64,000 nucleotides of DNA from an uncultured Methanoregulaceae archaeon (GCA_963717525.1 OY970343.1:1408001-1472000), one strand, 5' to 3'. Shown: positions 1-12,274, counted from the stretch's first letter. The notes: generated by a model not told the origin, from the sequence alone. Numbers and translations are program-made.

Positions 1-1
1 C

Positions 2-412
2 GTCGGTGCCGGGGGCATAGCCGCCGGGATTGTCATCACCCTCCTGCTCTTTGCCGGCCTGCACGCAGCCGCATCCATGATATCAGCCCTGATCATTGGA
101 GAGGTCACTGCAAAATTTTCAATGGCCTTTCTTACCGCATACGGGACGCCGTTCAAAGAGGGAATGCACAGCTACCTCCACCGGTTTGCAAAGCCCTATT
201 TCCCCTTCCTCTCGCTCCTTCTGTGCATCCCCCTTGTTCTTCTCCCGGTATCCCTCTTCCACCTCGCGGTCGCAGCCACCGTCATGATCCTCTGCCCGGT
301 AATGCTCCTTGTCCTATCAGAACGATTTTTTGGGGGCGTCAATGGCGATGTGGTCGGAGCGGCAAACGAGATTACCCGGGCACTTGTTATTGTTGCACTG
401 GCGCTGGCCTGA
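2..412 (+). CDS. cobS: Cobalamin synthase (adenosylcobinamide-GDP ribazoletransferase), 5'-truncated by window
   Basis: Hydrophobic ORF ending in the FGGVNGDVVGAANE motif typical of the CobS C-terminus. Confidence 0.85.
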   Translation, partial: VGAGGIAAGIVITLLLFAGLHAAASMISALIIGEVTAKFSMAFLTAYGTPFKEGMHSYLHRFAKPYFPFLSLLLCIPLVLLPVSLFHLAVAATVMILCPVMLLVLSERFFGGVNGDVVGAANEITRALVIVALALA

Positions 413-652
413 ATAGCTCATATTTTTCCAAGGAGTGCGGAGCCCTCCAATATTCCCTGCCCACAAGGCAGATATCAAAAAATGAACGCTCATACGTCTT
501 GTGGCAACGGTATAGCCCTTGGGTACTGGAAGCGACAGCCGGCTTCCGGATGAGCAGATGGCAGGCATCAGATCTGACAAACGATCTGCAATTTGAAAAA
601 TTCATGGGATATAAAAAGAACTATCACAACTTTCCCGTTCGAACAGCGATTT

Positions 653-949
653 TCAATATAATTTTTGAAAACCCTCATTGTTATCGTCGTCACACTCTAT
701 TGCAGTGCCGTCCCGGACCAGTGCATTGAACATCAGTGCAGCGTTCATGAGCGTTTCATCAGCGACACTAAGATGCCGCAGATCGCTGAGCGCTTTTACC
801 TGAGGAGATTGGGTCAGCCGGGTTCCCACGCGGACACCCTGACAGTGCCTGCAGTAAGCACAGTTACTGTATACGGATACACTGCCCGCGGCGCATGAAA
901 CAGTAACCCGGTTTTTGGAGGTATCCCGCTGGAACGGTAGTGTCTTCAT
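653..949 (-). CDS. Small hypothetical Cys-rich protein (CAYCRHC)
   Basis: ORF from MKTLPFQ (ATG 949); CxxCxxC plus further Cys; divergent from tuf. Confidence 0.65.
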   Translation of the reverse strand: MKTLPFQRDTSKNRVTVSCAAGSVSVYSNCAYCRHCQGVRVGTRLTQSPQVKALSDLRHLSVADETLMNAALMFNALVRDGTAIECDDDNNEGFQKLY

Positions 950-1112
950 ACACAAAACAATAATCAAACAAACGATATGAGAATATCGATATGAATTATC
1001 ACCTGAAAAAAAGGTATGGGGAATCAAAACACTTTAAATAGATGCGTCTCATATATGTAATACTCGCATAGACAGACGGTATGCGTATATCCCACTTTGG
1101 GAGGAACAATTA

Positions 1113-2390
1113 ATGGCATCTGAGAAGCCCCATATGAATCTGGCTGTCATCGGACACATCGACCACGGAAAGTCAACCACCGTCGGGCGAATGATGTTCG
1201 AGACTGGTGCAGTACCTGCACATATTATCGAAGCCTACCGCAAGGAGGCTGAATCGAAAGGTAAGGCGACTTTTGAATTTGCATGGGTCATGGATAACCT
1301 CAAGGAAGAGCGTGAGAGAGGTATCACCATTGATATTGCGCACAAGCGGTTCGACACACCCAAGTACTACTTCACAGTCGTAGATTGCCCGGGACACAGA
1401 GACTTCGTCAAGAACATGATCACCGGCGCGTCACAGGCCGATGCCGCAATCCTTGTCGTGGCAGCACCCGACGGTGTCATGGAACAGACCAAGGAACACG
1501 TATTCCTTGCCCGTACCCTTGGCATTACCCAAATCATCATCGCCATCAACAAGATGGACGCAGTAAAATATGATGAGAAGCGCTACAACGAAGTCAAAAA
1601 GGATCTCTCCGACCTTATCAAAATGGTAGGGTACAAGCCGGAAGAAACCCTCTTTATCCCGGTCAGCTCGCTTCAGGGTGCCAACATCAAGGTAAACAGC
1701 CCTGAAACCCCGTGGTACAAAGGCCCTGCATTGATTACCGCTCTTGACACCTTCAAAGAGCCGTCAAAACCAACTGACAAGCCACTTCGCCTCCCGATCC
1801 AGGATGTTTACAGCATCAGCGGTATCGGAACTGTACCGGTCGGCCGGGTCGAGACCGGGATTATGAAGAAAGGCATGAAGGTTTCATTCATGCCGGCAAA
1901 CAAGGATGGAGAAATCAAGTCCATCGAGATGCACCACGAGGAAATTCCCCAGGCAGTCCCCGGTGATAACGTCGGATTTAACGTCCGCGGTATTGCAAAG
2001 GGAGACATCCGCCGCGGAGATGTCTGTGGCCCCGCCGACCAGCCCCCGACAGTAGCAGATGAGTTCACTGCACAGGTCGTCGTGCTCCAGCACCCAAGCG
2101 CAATCACGGTCGGTTATACGCCGGTCTTCCATTGCCACACCACACAGACTGCATGTACCTTTATCGAGCTCAAGAAGAAACTCGACCCGCGCTCCGGCCA
2201 GACCAAGGAAGAGAACCCCACATTCTTAAAAACCGGTGATGCGGCTATTGTCCAGATCAAGCCGACCAAACCCATGGTTATCGAGAACGTCAAGGAACTT
2301 CCGCAGCTGGGCAGGTTTGCCGTCCGTGATATGGGATCAACGATCGCTGCCGGAATGTGCATTGCGATCCAGCCGAAACAGATGAGATAA
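1113..2390 (+). CDS. tuf: Translation elongation factor EF-1 alpha
   Basis: [24 protein letters not shown] GTPase motifs; 425 aa. Confidence 0.99.
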   Translation: MASEKPHMNLAVIGHIDHGKSTTVGRMMFETGAVPAHIIEAYRKEAESKGKATFEFAWVMDNLKEERERGITIDIAHKRFDTPKYYFTVVDCPGHRDFVKNMITGASQADAAILVVAAPDGVMEQTKEHVFLARTLGITQIIIAINKMDAVKYDEKRYNEVKKDLSDLIKMVGYKPEETLFIPVSSLQGANIKVNSPETPWYKGPALITALDTFKEPSKPTDKPLRLPIQDVYSISGIGTVPVGRVETGIMKKGMKVSFMPANKDGEIKSIEMHHEEIPQAVPGDNVGFNVRGIAKGDIRRGDVCGPADQPPTVADEFTAQVVVLQHPSAITVGYTPVFHCHTTQTACTFIELKKKLDPRSGQTKEENPTFLKTGDAAIVQIKPTKPMVIENVKELPQLGRFAVRDMGSTIAAGMCIAIQPKQMR

Positions 2391-2408
2391 TATTTTTTGG
2401 TGATAGTG

Positions 2409-2717
2409 ATGCAAAAAGCCAGAATTCGCCTGACAGGAACAGATTTCAACAAAGTAGAAACGGTCTGTGACAGGATCCGCGAGATAGCCGAACGCACAGG
2501 AGTAAATCTGGCTGGACCCATCCCACTCCCGACAAAAAGGCTTGTTGTGCCCATCCGCAAAAGCCCCGACGGGGAGGGAACCGCAACTTTTGATCGCTGG
2601 CAGATGCGTGTGCACAAGAGACTGATTGATATTGATGCAGATGAGCGTGCACTCCGCCAGCTGATGCGGATTCAGGTGCCAAAAGATATCGGAATAGAAA
2701 TTGTACTGGAAAGTTGA
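2409..2717 (+). CDS. rpsJ: 30S ribosomal protein S10 (uS10)
   Basis: [10 protein letters not shown]...RVHKRLIDI; follows tuf. Confidence 0.98.
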   Translation: MQKARIRLTGTDFNKVETVCDRIREIAERTGVNLAGPIPLPTKRLVVPIRKSPDGEGTATFDRWQMRVHKRLIDIDADERALRQLMRIQVPKDIGIEIVLES

Positions 2718-4360
2718 AGGTGCGGCACGTGGAGAAGGCCGCTTTCTTTTCCGATAAAATAAAGAAAATTTTTACTTTCGAGAGAGTTTTTCTTTTAATT
2801 TTTCTGGTTGCCATTATCCTCCGATTCTGGCACCTTGATCTCAAATTATTCCATCACGACGAAGCCATCCATTCCTGGTTTTCCTTTACCCTCCTGACAA
2901 AAGGTACCTGGGTCTACGATCCCAGTTATCATGGCCCGTTCCTTTACTATGTCACCGCCGGGATGTTCTCGCTCTTTGGCGCCTCAGACCTGGTTGCACG
3001 CCTGCTTCCCGCATTGTTCGGCACCATGCTTATCCCGCTGGTGTACTGCATCCACCGCCTTGGGTATATCACCAAAACGCAGACGCTGGTGGTCGCGCTG
3101 TTCCTTGCCATCTCCCCTGACATGGTATACTTCTCCCGGTTCCTCCGTCATGACATTTTCATGCTTTTCTTCACGATGCTCCTTCTTGTTGCCCTGCTCT
3201 ATTACTTCGAGCGGGGGCAGCTGCGGTACGTGATCATCGCAGCATTGGCAGCAGGCGGGGCACTGTGCTGCAAGGAAGAGATGCCATTCATCCTGTTGAT
3301 CTTTATCTCATTTTTCGGGTTTGCCATCTGGAGAAAAAGGATCAGCCTGCCCCCGCAATGGAAAAATGATCTCATTATCGGAGTGTTGATTATTATAGGG
3401 GTTATGGTCGCCCTCTATTCGGCATTCGGGATGCATCCGGAAACCCTGATCGGGCAGAATTTCCAGATAAATACCACCGGATGGTACCAGGCCGTTGATC
3501 ACTGGGTTTCCATGTCTGACGAACAGCGTCTTGGAGGCCCCTTCTATTTCTATATCCCCCTGTACCTGCTGTACGAAGTACCGATCTTCCTTCTGGCCAT
3601 CGTTGGGACACTCCAGTTCATAGCCACAGATGCCAGCCTGATCCTTGCCGGTAAACGCCTGAAGAACTGGCTGACAACGAAACGTTTCGCACTTTCGACA
3701 GCGGATCTTGCAGCAACAAGCCTGAACCAGCTCAAAACAGCAAAATCTGGCTCGGAAAAATCTGACCTTTTCTTCCAGCTCTGTATCTACTGGATGATCC
3801 TGACGATGGCATTTTACGGTTATGTCGGAGAAAAGGTGCCGTGGCTTATCATTCACCAGCTGCTCCCGATGTGTTTTGTTGCCGTGTACAAACTGAACTG
3901 GCAGAAGGTTGCATTTGCCCTCATTGGATGCCTGTTTTTGGCCCTGATGACATGGCATGTCGCATTCATTCCCGCAGACATCAATGAACCGATTGTCCAG
4001 GTCCAGAACTCAGAGGATCTCAGAACAGTCATGGGTATCATAGATAATTCGAGTAATGTCGTCCTTGCATCGCAGGATTACTGGCCGTTACCGTGGTATT
4101 ACCGGGGTGATTTGTGGGATAAGTTCACCTTCTACGGCCAGAAGGAAGATATTGCGACACTTACAGCGGAGCATCCGGACACGATCATCCTCCACGATAC
4201 CGAAAGTTATGATTCAATACCGGGGTATAGTAAACAGACCTACAAACTGGATTACTGGTTCTCATACTATGATAACGAGAACCGGCTGCCGGATTATTAT
4301 TTCCACCGGGATGGGACCATGGGGAGTATCAATCTCGATCTGTTCACCCTGCAGCACTAA
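2714..4360 (+). CDS. GT-C-fold membrane protein, Agl23/TIGR03663-like
   Basis: [33 protein letters not shown] motifs; multiple TM segments. Confidence 0.8.
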   Translation: MKVRHVEKAAFFSDKIKKIFTFERVFLLIFLVAIILRFWHLDLKLFHHDEAIHSWFSFTLLTKGTWVYDPSYHGPFLYYVTAGMFSLFGASDLVARLLPALFGTMLIPLVYCIHRLGYITKTQTLVVALFLAISPDMVYFSRFLRHDIFMLFFTMLLLVALLYYFERGQLRYVIIAALAAGGALCCKEEMPFILLIFISFFGFAIWRKRISLPPQWKNDLIIGVLIIIGVMVALYSAFGMHPETLIGQNFQINTTGWYQAVDHWVSMSDEQRLGGPFYFYIPLYLLYEVPIFLLAIVGTLQFIATDASLILAGKRLKNWLTTKRFALSTADLAATSLNQLKTAKSGSEKSDLFFQLCIYWMILTMAFYGYVGEKVPWLIIHQLLPMCFVAVYKLNWQKVAFALIGCLFLALMTWHVAFIPADINEPIVQVQNSEDLRTVMGIIDNSSNVVLASQDYWPLPWYYRGDLWDKFTFYGQKEDIATLTAEHPDTIILHDTESYDSIPGYSKQTYKLDYWFSYYDNENRLPDYYFHRDGTMGSINLDLFTLQH

Positions 4361-4846
4361 ATATCTTTTTTGCTCCGGGGAAATCTGATGTAATCAGATA
4401 AAACAACGAATAAAGATCTCATGCCCTCTTTTTATCGCAATTTTTTTGTTCAAACCTGGGGCTATCATTACAATATCCTTGCCCCGAGATATCGGATGTT
4501 TGTCCAGGCAGCGCAGAAATGCCAGAGTATTAACCCAGATTGCATCATCCCGCACATCCAATCGAAAAATATCCGCCAAAAAATACTTTCGTGCCTGATT
4601 CTCAAAAATTATCTGGAAACCGGCACTAACGGGACTTCATGGGAGATGCCGGAGACATGGATCCGGACCCCGAAATCATGTCGTGGTGAAAATATCTTTG
4701 TGCTACTGGAAAATCAGTGGTGCTCCTCCAAAGGATATCCTGACGATCAGAAAAAGGGAACTGCCAAAGGATGGGGATGTAATGAGCCTGATGTTTGCTA
4801 TTTTCGTCCCTGATGAAGTTTTTCCATGTAAAAAAATATGATAAAC

Positions 4847-5989
4847 TTATCCGAGCTCATCCCATCGAGAGCGTTTACGGTATATGATGATACCGACGAT
4901 AATTAACACGACAGCTACCACACCAACGACGATGACTAAGACACTGGAACTGAAGATTGAGCCGACCGAGCCAAGCCCTGCAAAGGGATTCCATGTTGCT
5001 TCTACTGCAGCCTGAAATGTGAGTGCATCATTGTAGGACTGATTTGCTTCCGTATATGCCTGCTCGGCTTTTGAACGGGCCGATGCATAGTTGCCATTGG
5101 TCACGAAATCGTTTGCTGACGATATATAACTCACTGCAATTTCCCGCTCGGTGATAACCGTCGACAATCGCGGATCGTTTGCAGTACTTGAATTGCCCTG
5201 GAAATACGCGATAAGGGCATCGACATTATTTACCGGTCCCTGAGCAGTAGCGATCTCAGATTCTGCCCATGCCTTATCGAGGAGAGTCTCGCCATTCGTA
5301 ATTGATGTTGTAGCAGTGGTGATAGCATTTAACGCATCGGTATACGAACTCGATGGTAACGCCTGGGCTTGGGTGATCTGACTCTGGGCAGTATTGTATT
5401 GTGCTTCTGCCGCAGAGGTATCAATACCCAGTGCAGATTTTTCATCGATGTCCGTCTTCAGCTGACTGAGCTGGGTATTTGCATTTGAGATCGCTGTGGT
5501 AATATCATTGGTATTGACCACCATGGCGGTCTGGGTATAGGGTGTCCCAATCTGATTGCCGTTGGAATCATCCTCGTAAATCTGGACTAACGTCTGGTTT
5601 GATGTCTGCGTTACCGTGGGAGCAACCCCGGACAACGTTACACCGATCGAAACATCATCGCTGGATTTATAGGTCAGTAAAAAACCGCTGATGGTAAGCG
5701 TCTTTGACTGAGACTGTGTCGGTGCAGTCGGGTTTCCATTCACGTAAATAATATACGACCATTGTGGTGATCCCAATTGAGTATACATTACAAGATCGTT
5801 TGTCGTCGATTGCCCGCTGGGCTCCTGTACGGTATATGAAAGATCTACTGTGGTCCCGGGAGTCAGTGCCCCGCTACTCGGGTTTATCGCCATTGAATTC
5901 ACTGTATACGCTACAGAGACTGCCGGTACGATGAGTGCCAACAGTGCCACAATCAAGATTAACCGTTTCAATCCCTTTCCCTTCATCAT
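4847..5989 (-). CDS. Secreted, C-terminally anchored surface protein
   Basis: Signal peptide, S/T-rich beta region, helical region, C-terminal TM and RKRSRWDELG tail; directly downstream of cetZ. Confidence 0.8.
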   Translation of the reverse strand: MMKGKGLKRLILIVALLALIVPAVSVAYTVNSMAINPSSGALTPGTTVDLSYTVQEPSGQSTTNDLVMYTQLGSPQWSYIIYVNGNPTAPTQSQSKTLTISGFLLTYKSSDDVSIGVTLSGVAPTVTQTSNQTLVQIYEDDSNGNQIGTPYTQTAMVVNTNDITTAISNANTQLSQLKTDIDEKSALGIDTSAAEAQYNTAQSQITQAQALPSSSYTDALNAITTATTSITNGETLLDKAWAESEIATAQGPVNNVDALIAYFQGNSSTANDPRLSTVITEREIAVSYISSANDFVTNGNYASARSKAEQAYTEANQSYNDALTFQAAVEATWNPFAGLGSVGSIFSSSVLVIVVGVVAVVLIIVGIIIYRKRSRWDELG

Positions 5990-5994
5990 CAACC

Positions 5995-7185
5995 TCACTC
6001 GAACAGCGGTTCGATACTTTCCTCAAACATAGTTGATTTCTTATCTTTGGATTTTATAACCTCTTCTTTTGTTTCCTTTGCAATATCAAGGAGTTCCTTG
6101 ATGCGGGGTGCATTGCCGACCGTCGCAAGCATGACAACAGCGGCGACGTACTCGCTGTTTACCGGGTAATCCCCTCCTCTCACTTCAACGCCTGCAATAT
6201 TCTCTTCCACCCAGCTCTTGGCCTTTTCAACGCCTTTCCGGTCCATCTCATCCGGGGGTCCTGCGATAAGAACAAGCGCACGCTCAGCTGTTGAATAATC
6301 ACAGGGCAGCGTAAGGCGGCCGAGCATTGCTCTTCGGACAAGGGCGACAATCTTCGCTGATCTGTCCTCTCCCATAAGCACTTCCTCATTTGCCTCCTTC
6401 TTACCCCCGAAGGTATCCTTGATGTTCTCCCTGATACCCCCCAATATCCCCCGCTGCTGCTTGGTACGGGTGCTGATAACTTCACTGATGGCATAGCCCA
6501 CAGAGGTGATGCCACCCCCGCGGAGAGTGTTGATGATCTCACTTGAATCCACGACCATCTCACCAACTCCCATCCGGCTTACTTCACCTGCACGGAAGAG
6601 TATGGCAAATCTCCTGACAACCTCGTTATTGAGTCGCTGGAATGCACTCTTGACACTCTCGCCCTCGTTTTTCCACGCACTGTTATCGAAAATGAAAGTA
6701 TTATCCGCCTCGTTGACAAGCGTGGTCAAACTGCGTGCTGCGTTATATGAATAAAGCCGTCCCTCTTCCGGCGCCGGAATGATACCCAGTGCGTAGACAG
6801 GTTCCCGGTAGATCCGCTTGAGATGGCGTGCAAGCACCGGGGAGCCGCCGGAGCCCGTTCCCCCGCCAAGTCCCGCAACTATTACAAACGCATCAATATC
6901 ATGGGTTCCGCGGGAATCTACTGCATTAATGATGCTGTCTATCTCATCAGCGGTTACCCTCGCCCCCGTCACGTTATCGGTACCGACACCATGACCTTTT
7001 ACCAAGGTCTGCCCGATAAGAATGCGATCTTTCATCTCGATGTGTTTGAGGCCCATCAGGTCGGTCCGTGCGGTATTAACGGCAATACCCCGGAAACTGT
7101 TGGTCCCGAGCTTCTTGTCCTGTTCAATGAACATGTCGACAATTTTGCCCCCCGCTTGACCAAAACCAATGAAAAAGACCCGCAT
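5995..7185 (-). CDS. cetZ: Tubulin/FtsZ-family protein, CetZ type
   Basis: IGFGQAGGKI and GGGTGSG tubulin signature; VDSSEIINTL and LTLPC are CetZ-like. Confidence 0.88.
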   Translation of the reverse strand: MRVFFIGFGQAGGKIVDMFIEQDKKLGTNSFRGIAVNTARTDLMGLKHIEMKDRILIGQTLVKGHGVGTDNVTGARVTADEIDSIINAVDSRGTHDIDAFVIVAGLGGGTGSGGSPVLARHLKRIYREPVYALGIIPAPEEGRLYSYNAARSLTTLVNEADNTFIFDNSAWKNEGESVKSAFQRLNNEVVRRFAILFRAGEVSRMGVGEMVVDSSEIINTLRGGGITSVGYAISEVISTRTKQQRGILGGIRENIKDTFGGKKEANEEVLMGEDRSAKIVALVRRAMLGRLTLPCDYSTAERALVLIAGPPDEMDRKGVEKAKSWVEENIAGVEVRGGDYPVNSEYVAAVVMLATVGNAPRIKELLDIAKETKEEVIKSKDKKSTMFEESIEPLFE

Positions 7186-7376
7186 CTGGTTACACCCTCC
7201 AATGGGCTGACGAGTTAGTATTTTCTTTTAATTCTTTTAAGTTCTTTGTTTTAAGAACTTTAAATTCAACAATACAAAAACTTTCTTACAAATATCGTCA
7301 GGTTTCGTCGCTTTTTTCAGAATGGTTACGGAGCCTTTTTCATTTGATCCCGAACAAATAATACCGGTAATACATC

Positions 7377-8603
7377 ATGAAACTCGGGATACTCGGGGGG
7401 GGTCTGTGCGGGCTTGTTGCCGCCAATGCATTGGCCGAAAAGCATGACGTTGTATTATTCGAGAAGATGCCTTACCTGGGCGGGTGTCTCTCGTCATACC
7501 ATATCGATGACTACTGGATTGAGCGATATTACCATCACTGTTTCTCCGGGGATTCCCAGTTGTTTGCCCTCATCCGGGAGCTCGGTTTGTCGGACAAACT
7601 TGAATGGAGGGAGGGAAGCACCGGTTACTTTTCAGGAGATACACTCTACCCGCTTACAACCCCCCTGGAGATCCTGCGCTGGCCTGAACTGTCGCTTATC
7701 GATAAAGCAAAACTTGCCCTGCTGACCCGCAAAGCTAAAAAAACAGATCCCCTCACGCTCGATGATATACCGGCTGAGACCTACATCCTCGAACATCTCG
7801 GTCCCCGTATCTATGCCTCGTTCTTTGAACCCCTGCTGAGAAGCAAATTCGGGAAGAACCGAAGCAAGGTGTCTGCGGCCTGGCTTATCAGCCGCATTGC
7901 GATCCGATCAAACAGGGGCGTCGGCGGAGAACATCTTGGTTATCTGAACGGTGGATTTCACCAGATTATTGACAGGCTCGAAAAATCCATCGTGAGCAAG
8001 GGGGGGAAAATCAACCTGCAGACACCAGTTACCTCACTCTCCGGAAATGGCCGATCGTGGCAGGTCAATGGCGAGAGCGTGGATGTAGTTATATCAACCA
8101 TCCCCCCGCAGGAGCTGGGAAATTTATCCGGGATTGCGATGCCGGAGATTCCCTACCAGGGAGCTGCCTGTATGACCATGGGAATCGAACGCGACGTCTG
8201 TAAAGGTGTGTACTGGACCAACATGAAAGCCGAAGGACCATACGGAGCGGTCGTGGCTCATACCAATTTCATCCCGCATGAACGATATGGTGAACATATC
8301 GTCTATTTAGCTTCCTATTTCACTGGTACCGTTCCTGCGCGGCTTGACCAGAAAATGAAGGAGGATTTCTGTTTACGGTTTGACCTCAAGGAGAATGAGA
8401 TTCACTGGAGCCGGATGACCGTCGACCCCTGGGCCGGACCGATCTACACAACCGGGTACCACTCATTGATCCCTGCGTACGAAAAACATGGCATCTATCT
8501 TGCCGGGATGTTTTCAGAGGAGAACTACCCGGAAAGAAGCATGGAAGGTTCTATCAGGGCGGGCAACCGGATTGCCGGTTGCATCCGGGAGAAGGAACAC
8601 TGA
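7377..8603 (+). CDS. FAD-dependent oxidoreductase (amine oxidase/protoporphyrinogen oxidase-like)
   Basis: N-terminal GGGLCG Rossmann motif, LGG, ERYYHH, YPERSMEGS. Confidence 0.85.
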   Translation: MKLGILGGGLCGLVAANALAEKHDVVLFEKMPYLGGCLSSYHIDDYWIERYYHHCFSGDSQLFALIRELGLSDKLEWREGSTGYFSGDTLYPLTTPLEILRWPELSLIDKAKLALLTRKAKKTDPLTLDDIPAETYILEHLGPRIYASFFEPLLRSKFGKNRSKVSAAWLISRIAIRSNRGVGGEHLGYLNGGFHQIIDRLEKSIVSKGGKINLQTPVTSLSGNGRSWQVNGESVDVVISTIPPQELGNLSGIAMPEIPYQGAACMTMGIERDVCKGVYWTNMKAEGPYGAVVAHTNFIPHERYGEHIVYLASYFTGTVPARLDQKMKEDFCLRFDLKENEIHWSRMTVDPWAGPIYTTGYHSLIPAYEKHGIYLAGMFSEENYPERSMEGSIRAGNRIAGCIREKEH

Positions 8604-9319
8604 TGGCAGTACCCGAAATCACTGCAATTATCCCGGTGTATAACGACCGGCCTGCACTTGAACACGCAATTCCGGAATCTCTCAGAGTACTTTCCACGAT
8701 CACGGAACATTTTGAGGTGATCGTTGCCGAAGATGGGAGTTCTGATGGAAGTGCAGAGCTTGTCCAGGAGTATGAAACAAAATCGACCTTCGTGAAACTG
8801 CTGCACTGCGACAGCCGTCAGGGAAGGGGGAAGGCCCTCAACAGGGCAATACAACAATCACAGGGCTCGATTGTCTGTTACTATGATGTTGATCTTGCGA
8901 CCGATATGCAGCACCTTCCCGAGCTCATCGACGCAATACGAAAAGGAGCGGATATTTCCACGGGATCCCGCCTTCTTCCGGAAAGTGACATCCGACGAAC
9001 TGAAGGCCGCGAAATCGCAAGCCGAACGTACAATTTCCTTGTCAGGTTGATGCTCGGCAGCAGGATCTTCGATCACCAGTGTGGATTCAAGGCGTTTAAC
9101 AAGGCAAAAATTCTCCCCGTCCTTTCCACGGTTCGATCTGATCACTGGTTCTGGGACACCGAACTCCTCGTCAGGGCACAGCTGAAAGGATATAAGGTCA
9201 CAGAATTTCCCGTCCGCTGGCGCGCGGGTAAAGGAACAACCGTCCGGATGAAGGATGTATTAGGGATGGGATTATCCATCCTGCGTCTCTGGTGGCAGAT
9301 TCATGTATCGAAAAATTAG
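8603..9319 (+). CDS. Glycosyltransferase family 2 (dolichyl-phosphate hexosyltransferase-like)
   Basis: IIPVYN, EDGSSDGS, DVD, DHQCGFKAF, WFWDTELL. Confidence 0.92.
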   Translation: MAVPEITAIIPVYNDRPALEHAIPESLRVLSTITEHFEVIVAEDGSSDGSAELVQEYETKSTFVKLLHCDSRQGRGKALNRAIQQSQGSIVCYYDVDLATDMQHLPELIDAIRKGADISTGSRLLPESDIRRTEGREIASRTYNFLVRLMLGSRIFDHQCGFKAFNKAKILPVLSTVRSDHWFWDTELLVRAQLKGYKVTEFPVRWRAGKGTTVRMKDVLGMGLSILRLWWQIHVSKN

Positions 9320-10283
9320 TGCAATCCTGATCCCCAGCCTGATAGCGGTCGGGATCATCGTCTATATGCTCTACCGTGTCTGGGACGATCTGCTCACTGC
9401 ACTCCAGCACATCGTTCCCGCCTACCTGGGAATGGCGATCATCATCTGTCTTACGGCCTGGTGGCTGCGCGGATGGCGGTACAACCGGATCCTTCTTGGC
9501 CTGAATTACCATGTCGGTATCATATTCTCCACGGCATGCGTTTTCGTGAGCCAGACCGTTAACCTCATTGTCCCGGCACGGCTGGGAGATTTTGTCAGAA
9601 TTTTTATCCTGAAACATGATTACAATGCAACCTATTCAGAGGGAATCTCATCTCTCGTGGTGGAGCGGGTCTTTGATATTGTTGCTATTGCCGTGCTTGG
9701 GGCAGCTTCCCTTTTCTTTATCCCCAACATCCCGGGTTGGCTCAATGTTTACATCTCTATCATGATCGTCATTCTCGCGATCGCAGTTGCCTTCTTTATC
9801 TTCCTGATCTTTGTGGGGGAGCTGACCACCACGAACAAGTATGTCAGGTACATCCTGACCATGCTCGATGAGATCAGGAGGGCCTCACTCTCCCTTCGGT
9901 CTATTCTGATTCTCGGGGTCTCATCCCTCATCATCTGGATGCTTGACATCCTCGTCACCTACTCGGTTGCGACGATGTTTGAACAACAGATCCCGTTTGC
10001 CGTGATCGTTCTTGCCATTGTGCTCGGGAACCTGGTCAAGGCAGTACCGATAACACCTGGCGGGATCGGGACCTACGAACTGATCGTATCGGCAACGTTT
10101 GCGATAACCGGTGTCTCACCCGGAGTGGCCTTCCTGATCGCCGTGGTCGATGACCTGATCAAGAATCTGGTCACCCTTGCCGGGGGCGTTGTCTCGATCG
10201 AATATCTCGGAGACTGGGTGATCCCGACCATCAAGTCGGCCCTCTGGTCAAAACTGGACGGAGGGGATAAACCTGACACCTGA
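9303..10283 (+). CDS. LPG-synthase TM/flippase-like membrane protein (UPF0104)
   Basis: NLIVPARLGD, ERVFD, PITPGGIGTYE motifs. Confidence 0.88.
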   Translation: MYRKISAILIPSLIAVGIIVYMLYRVWDDLLTALQHIVPAYLGMAIIICLTAWWLRGWRYNRILLGLNYHVGIIFSTACVFVSQTVNLIVPARLGDFVRIFILKHDYNATYSEGISSLVVERVFDIVAIAVLGAASLFFIPNIPGWLNVYISIMIVILAIAVAFFIFLIFVGELTTTNKYVRYILTMLDEIRRASLSLRSILILGVSSLIIWMLDILVTYSVATMFEQQIPFAVIVLAIVLGNLVKAVPITPGGIGTYELIVSATFAITGVSPGVAFLIAVVDDLIKNLVTLAGGVVSIEYLGDWVIPTIKSALWSKLDGGDKPDT

Positions 10284-10299
10284 GTTCCAGTTCCTGTCC

Positions 10300-12274
10300 G
10301 TGGCAAGCTGGCTGCTCGTGGTGACATTTCTACAGTTCGCGCTCTACCCGTCTCTCAAAAAATGCCTGAGACAGTATGCTTTCCCGGCCTCGTTTGCCGC
10401 ATCGCTCCTCCTCTTTACCCTCATTACCTGGTACTGCGGTCTTGCCCGTGTTCCGGTGCAGCTTGCGCTCGTGCCCTTTATCCTGCTCTTCGGGTATCAC
10501 ATTTACCGGCGTGATTACGCGTGGAGCGAGCTGAAGAAAGAGTGGCACTGGGAGCTCGATTTTTCTGATCTTCTTCTTTTTGATGCTCACGGTCAGGTTT
10601 GTCAACCCGACGATCTCCTATGCAGAAAAGTTCATGGACCACGCGTTCCTCGCATCCATCATGCGAAGCCCTGTTGTACCTCCTCTCGATCCTTGGTTTG
10701 CCGGGGGCACGATGGATGTGTACTATTACCTGGGCTACTGGATTTTTGGCTGCCTTGGTATCGTGAGCGGCGTTCCCTCGAACATTGCGTTCAATCTGTC
10801 CCTGCCGACCGTTCTTGGTGTCGCGGCGGTAACCGTCTATGCGATCGGTACGCTCCTGCTTGACCGGTTCCGCTGGCTGCCACTGCTCCTCTTCTTCATC
10901 CCCAATCCTTCGCTCTTTTACCAGCTCTTCACCGGAAGCAGTATCAGCTCTGCGCTCTGGAACAGCACCCGCACGATTACCAATACCATCAACGAGTATC
11001 CCCTTTTCTCGTTTACCTGGGGAGATCTCCACGCCCATGTCATCTCGATCTTTAACCAGGCCTTTTTGATCTTCCTGCTGATCTATGTGTACAAATACTG
11101 GGATTCTCTCGAATCGCGGGGAAGATGGCTGGTATGCGGGCTTGCTGCACTCAGCCTCGGTTCCATGCCCCTGATTAACACTTGGGATGTTCTCATCTAC
11201 GCCCCGATCACGGTCATCGTCGCAGCATTAATCATTCTGCGGGGCTGGAAACAGGGACAGGGCATGTCATCGTGGGGCCAGCTGATCGCAATTCCCCCCC
11301 TTTCTATCCTCATTTATCTGCCCTTTTACCTGATGCTCAAAACAAGCACCGGAGGGATTGGAATCGTAAAAACACCCTCCGATCCCATCCAGTTCCTGCT
11401 CGTGAACGGCTGGTTCATCGCCATCTTCCTGCTGTTCCTCATAAAAGACATCCAGGAGCGGCCGTACCTCCTGCTCATCGCGGTACCGTTTGTGCTCGCC
11501 GGGTATACGGCAGCGGCAATTGCTGCCGTCCCTCTCATCTATTTCCTTGCAAAAAAGGAGCGCAGCATCCCCGATCTTCTCGCCATCTTCGGGTTGTTGA
11601 TCCTTATCCTCGTAGAACTATTCTACCTCAAAGATAACATGGGCGACACCTATTTCCGGATGAATACGGTCTTTAAGTGTTACGTGCCCGCGTGGATTAT
11701 CCTGGGGATCAGTTCCTTTGCCATGGTGGGAACGTGGCTTGCCCGGCCGGGACGCGTGCCGGTGATGCCGGTAAGGAAAAGTGCCGCACTTGCCGTACTC
11801 GTCATTGGCTTCCTCTTTGTCGTGCCGTTCCTTGTTCCCCTTGATCTCAATTACGGGGGCCGGACGCTTGACGGACTGGCTTATCTCGATTCCTCACACC
11901 CGGGAGACGCCGGGGGTGTCGCTTATCTCAGGAACCTGACCGGGGACGAGCGCATCGTCGAGGCTGTGGGTGGGGACTATACGTATTCTTCCCGGATCTC
12001 CTCGTTCACTGGTATCCCCGGGATCCTTGGCGAGCCGTTCCACGAGTATATGTGGCGCGGGGATACCACGGGCTGGTACAGCGCCCGCCCTGCGGACGTC
12101 AGGTCCATCTATGAAAATCCCGACCAGACCGTGGCTCTCATGAAAAAATACAACGCAACCCTACTCTATGTCGGGGATCTGGAGAGGGAGACGTACAACG
12201 TAAGCCTCCCGGCCACCGGACTCGAACAGGTGTACTCCGGGCAGGGTACCGACATTTATCGTATCGCCGGGTGA
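10300..12274 (+). CDS. DUF2298 (YYY) membrane protein; apparent +1 frameshift near 10557
   Basis: EKFMD, DPWFAG, YYYLG, INEYP, RMNTVFK motifs; upstream frame (10300) joins 10580 frame if one base is removed at GAGCTCGATT. Confidence 0.8.

Noticed and set aside
4394..4813. ORFs 4421-4813 and 4394-4579 between convergent genes
   Set aside because: No motifs or SD and atypical composition; probably intergenic.
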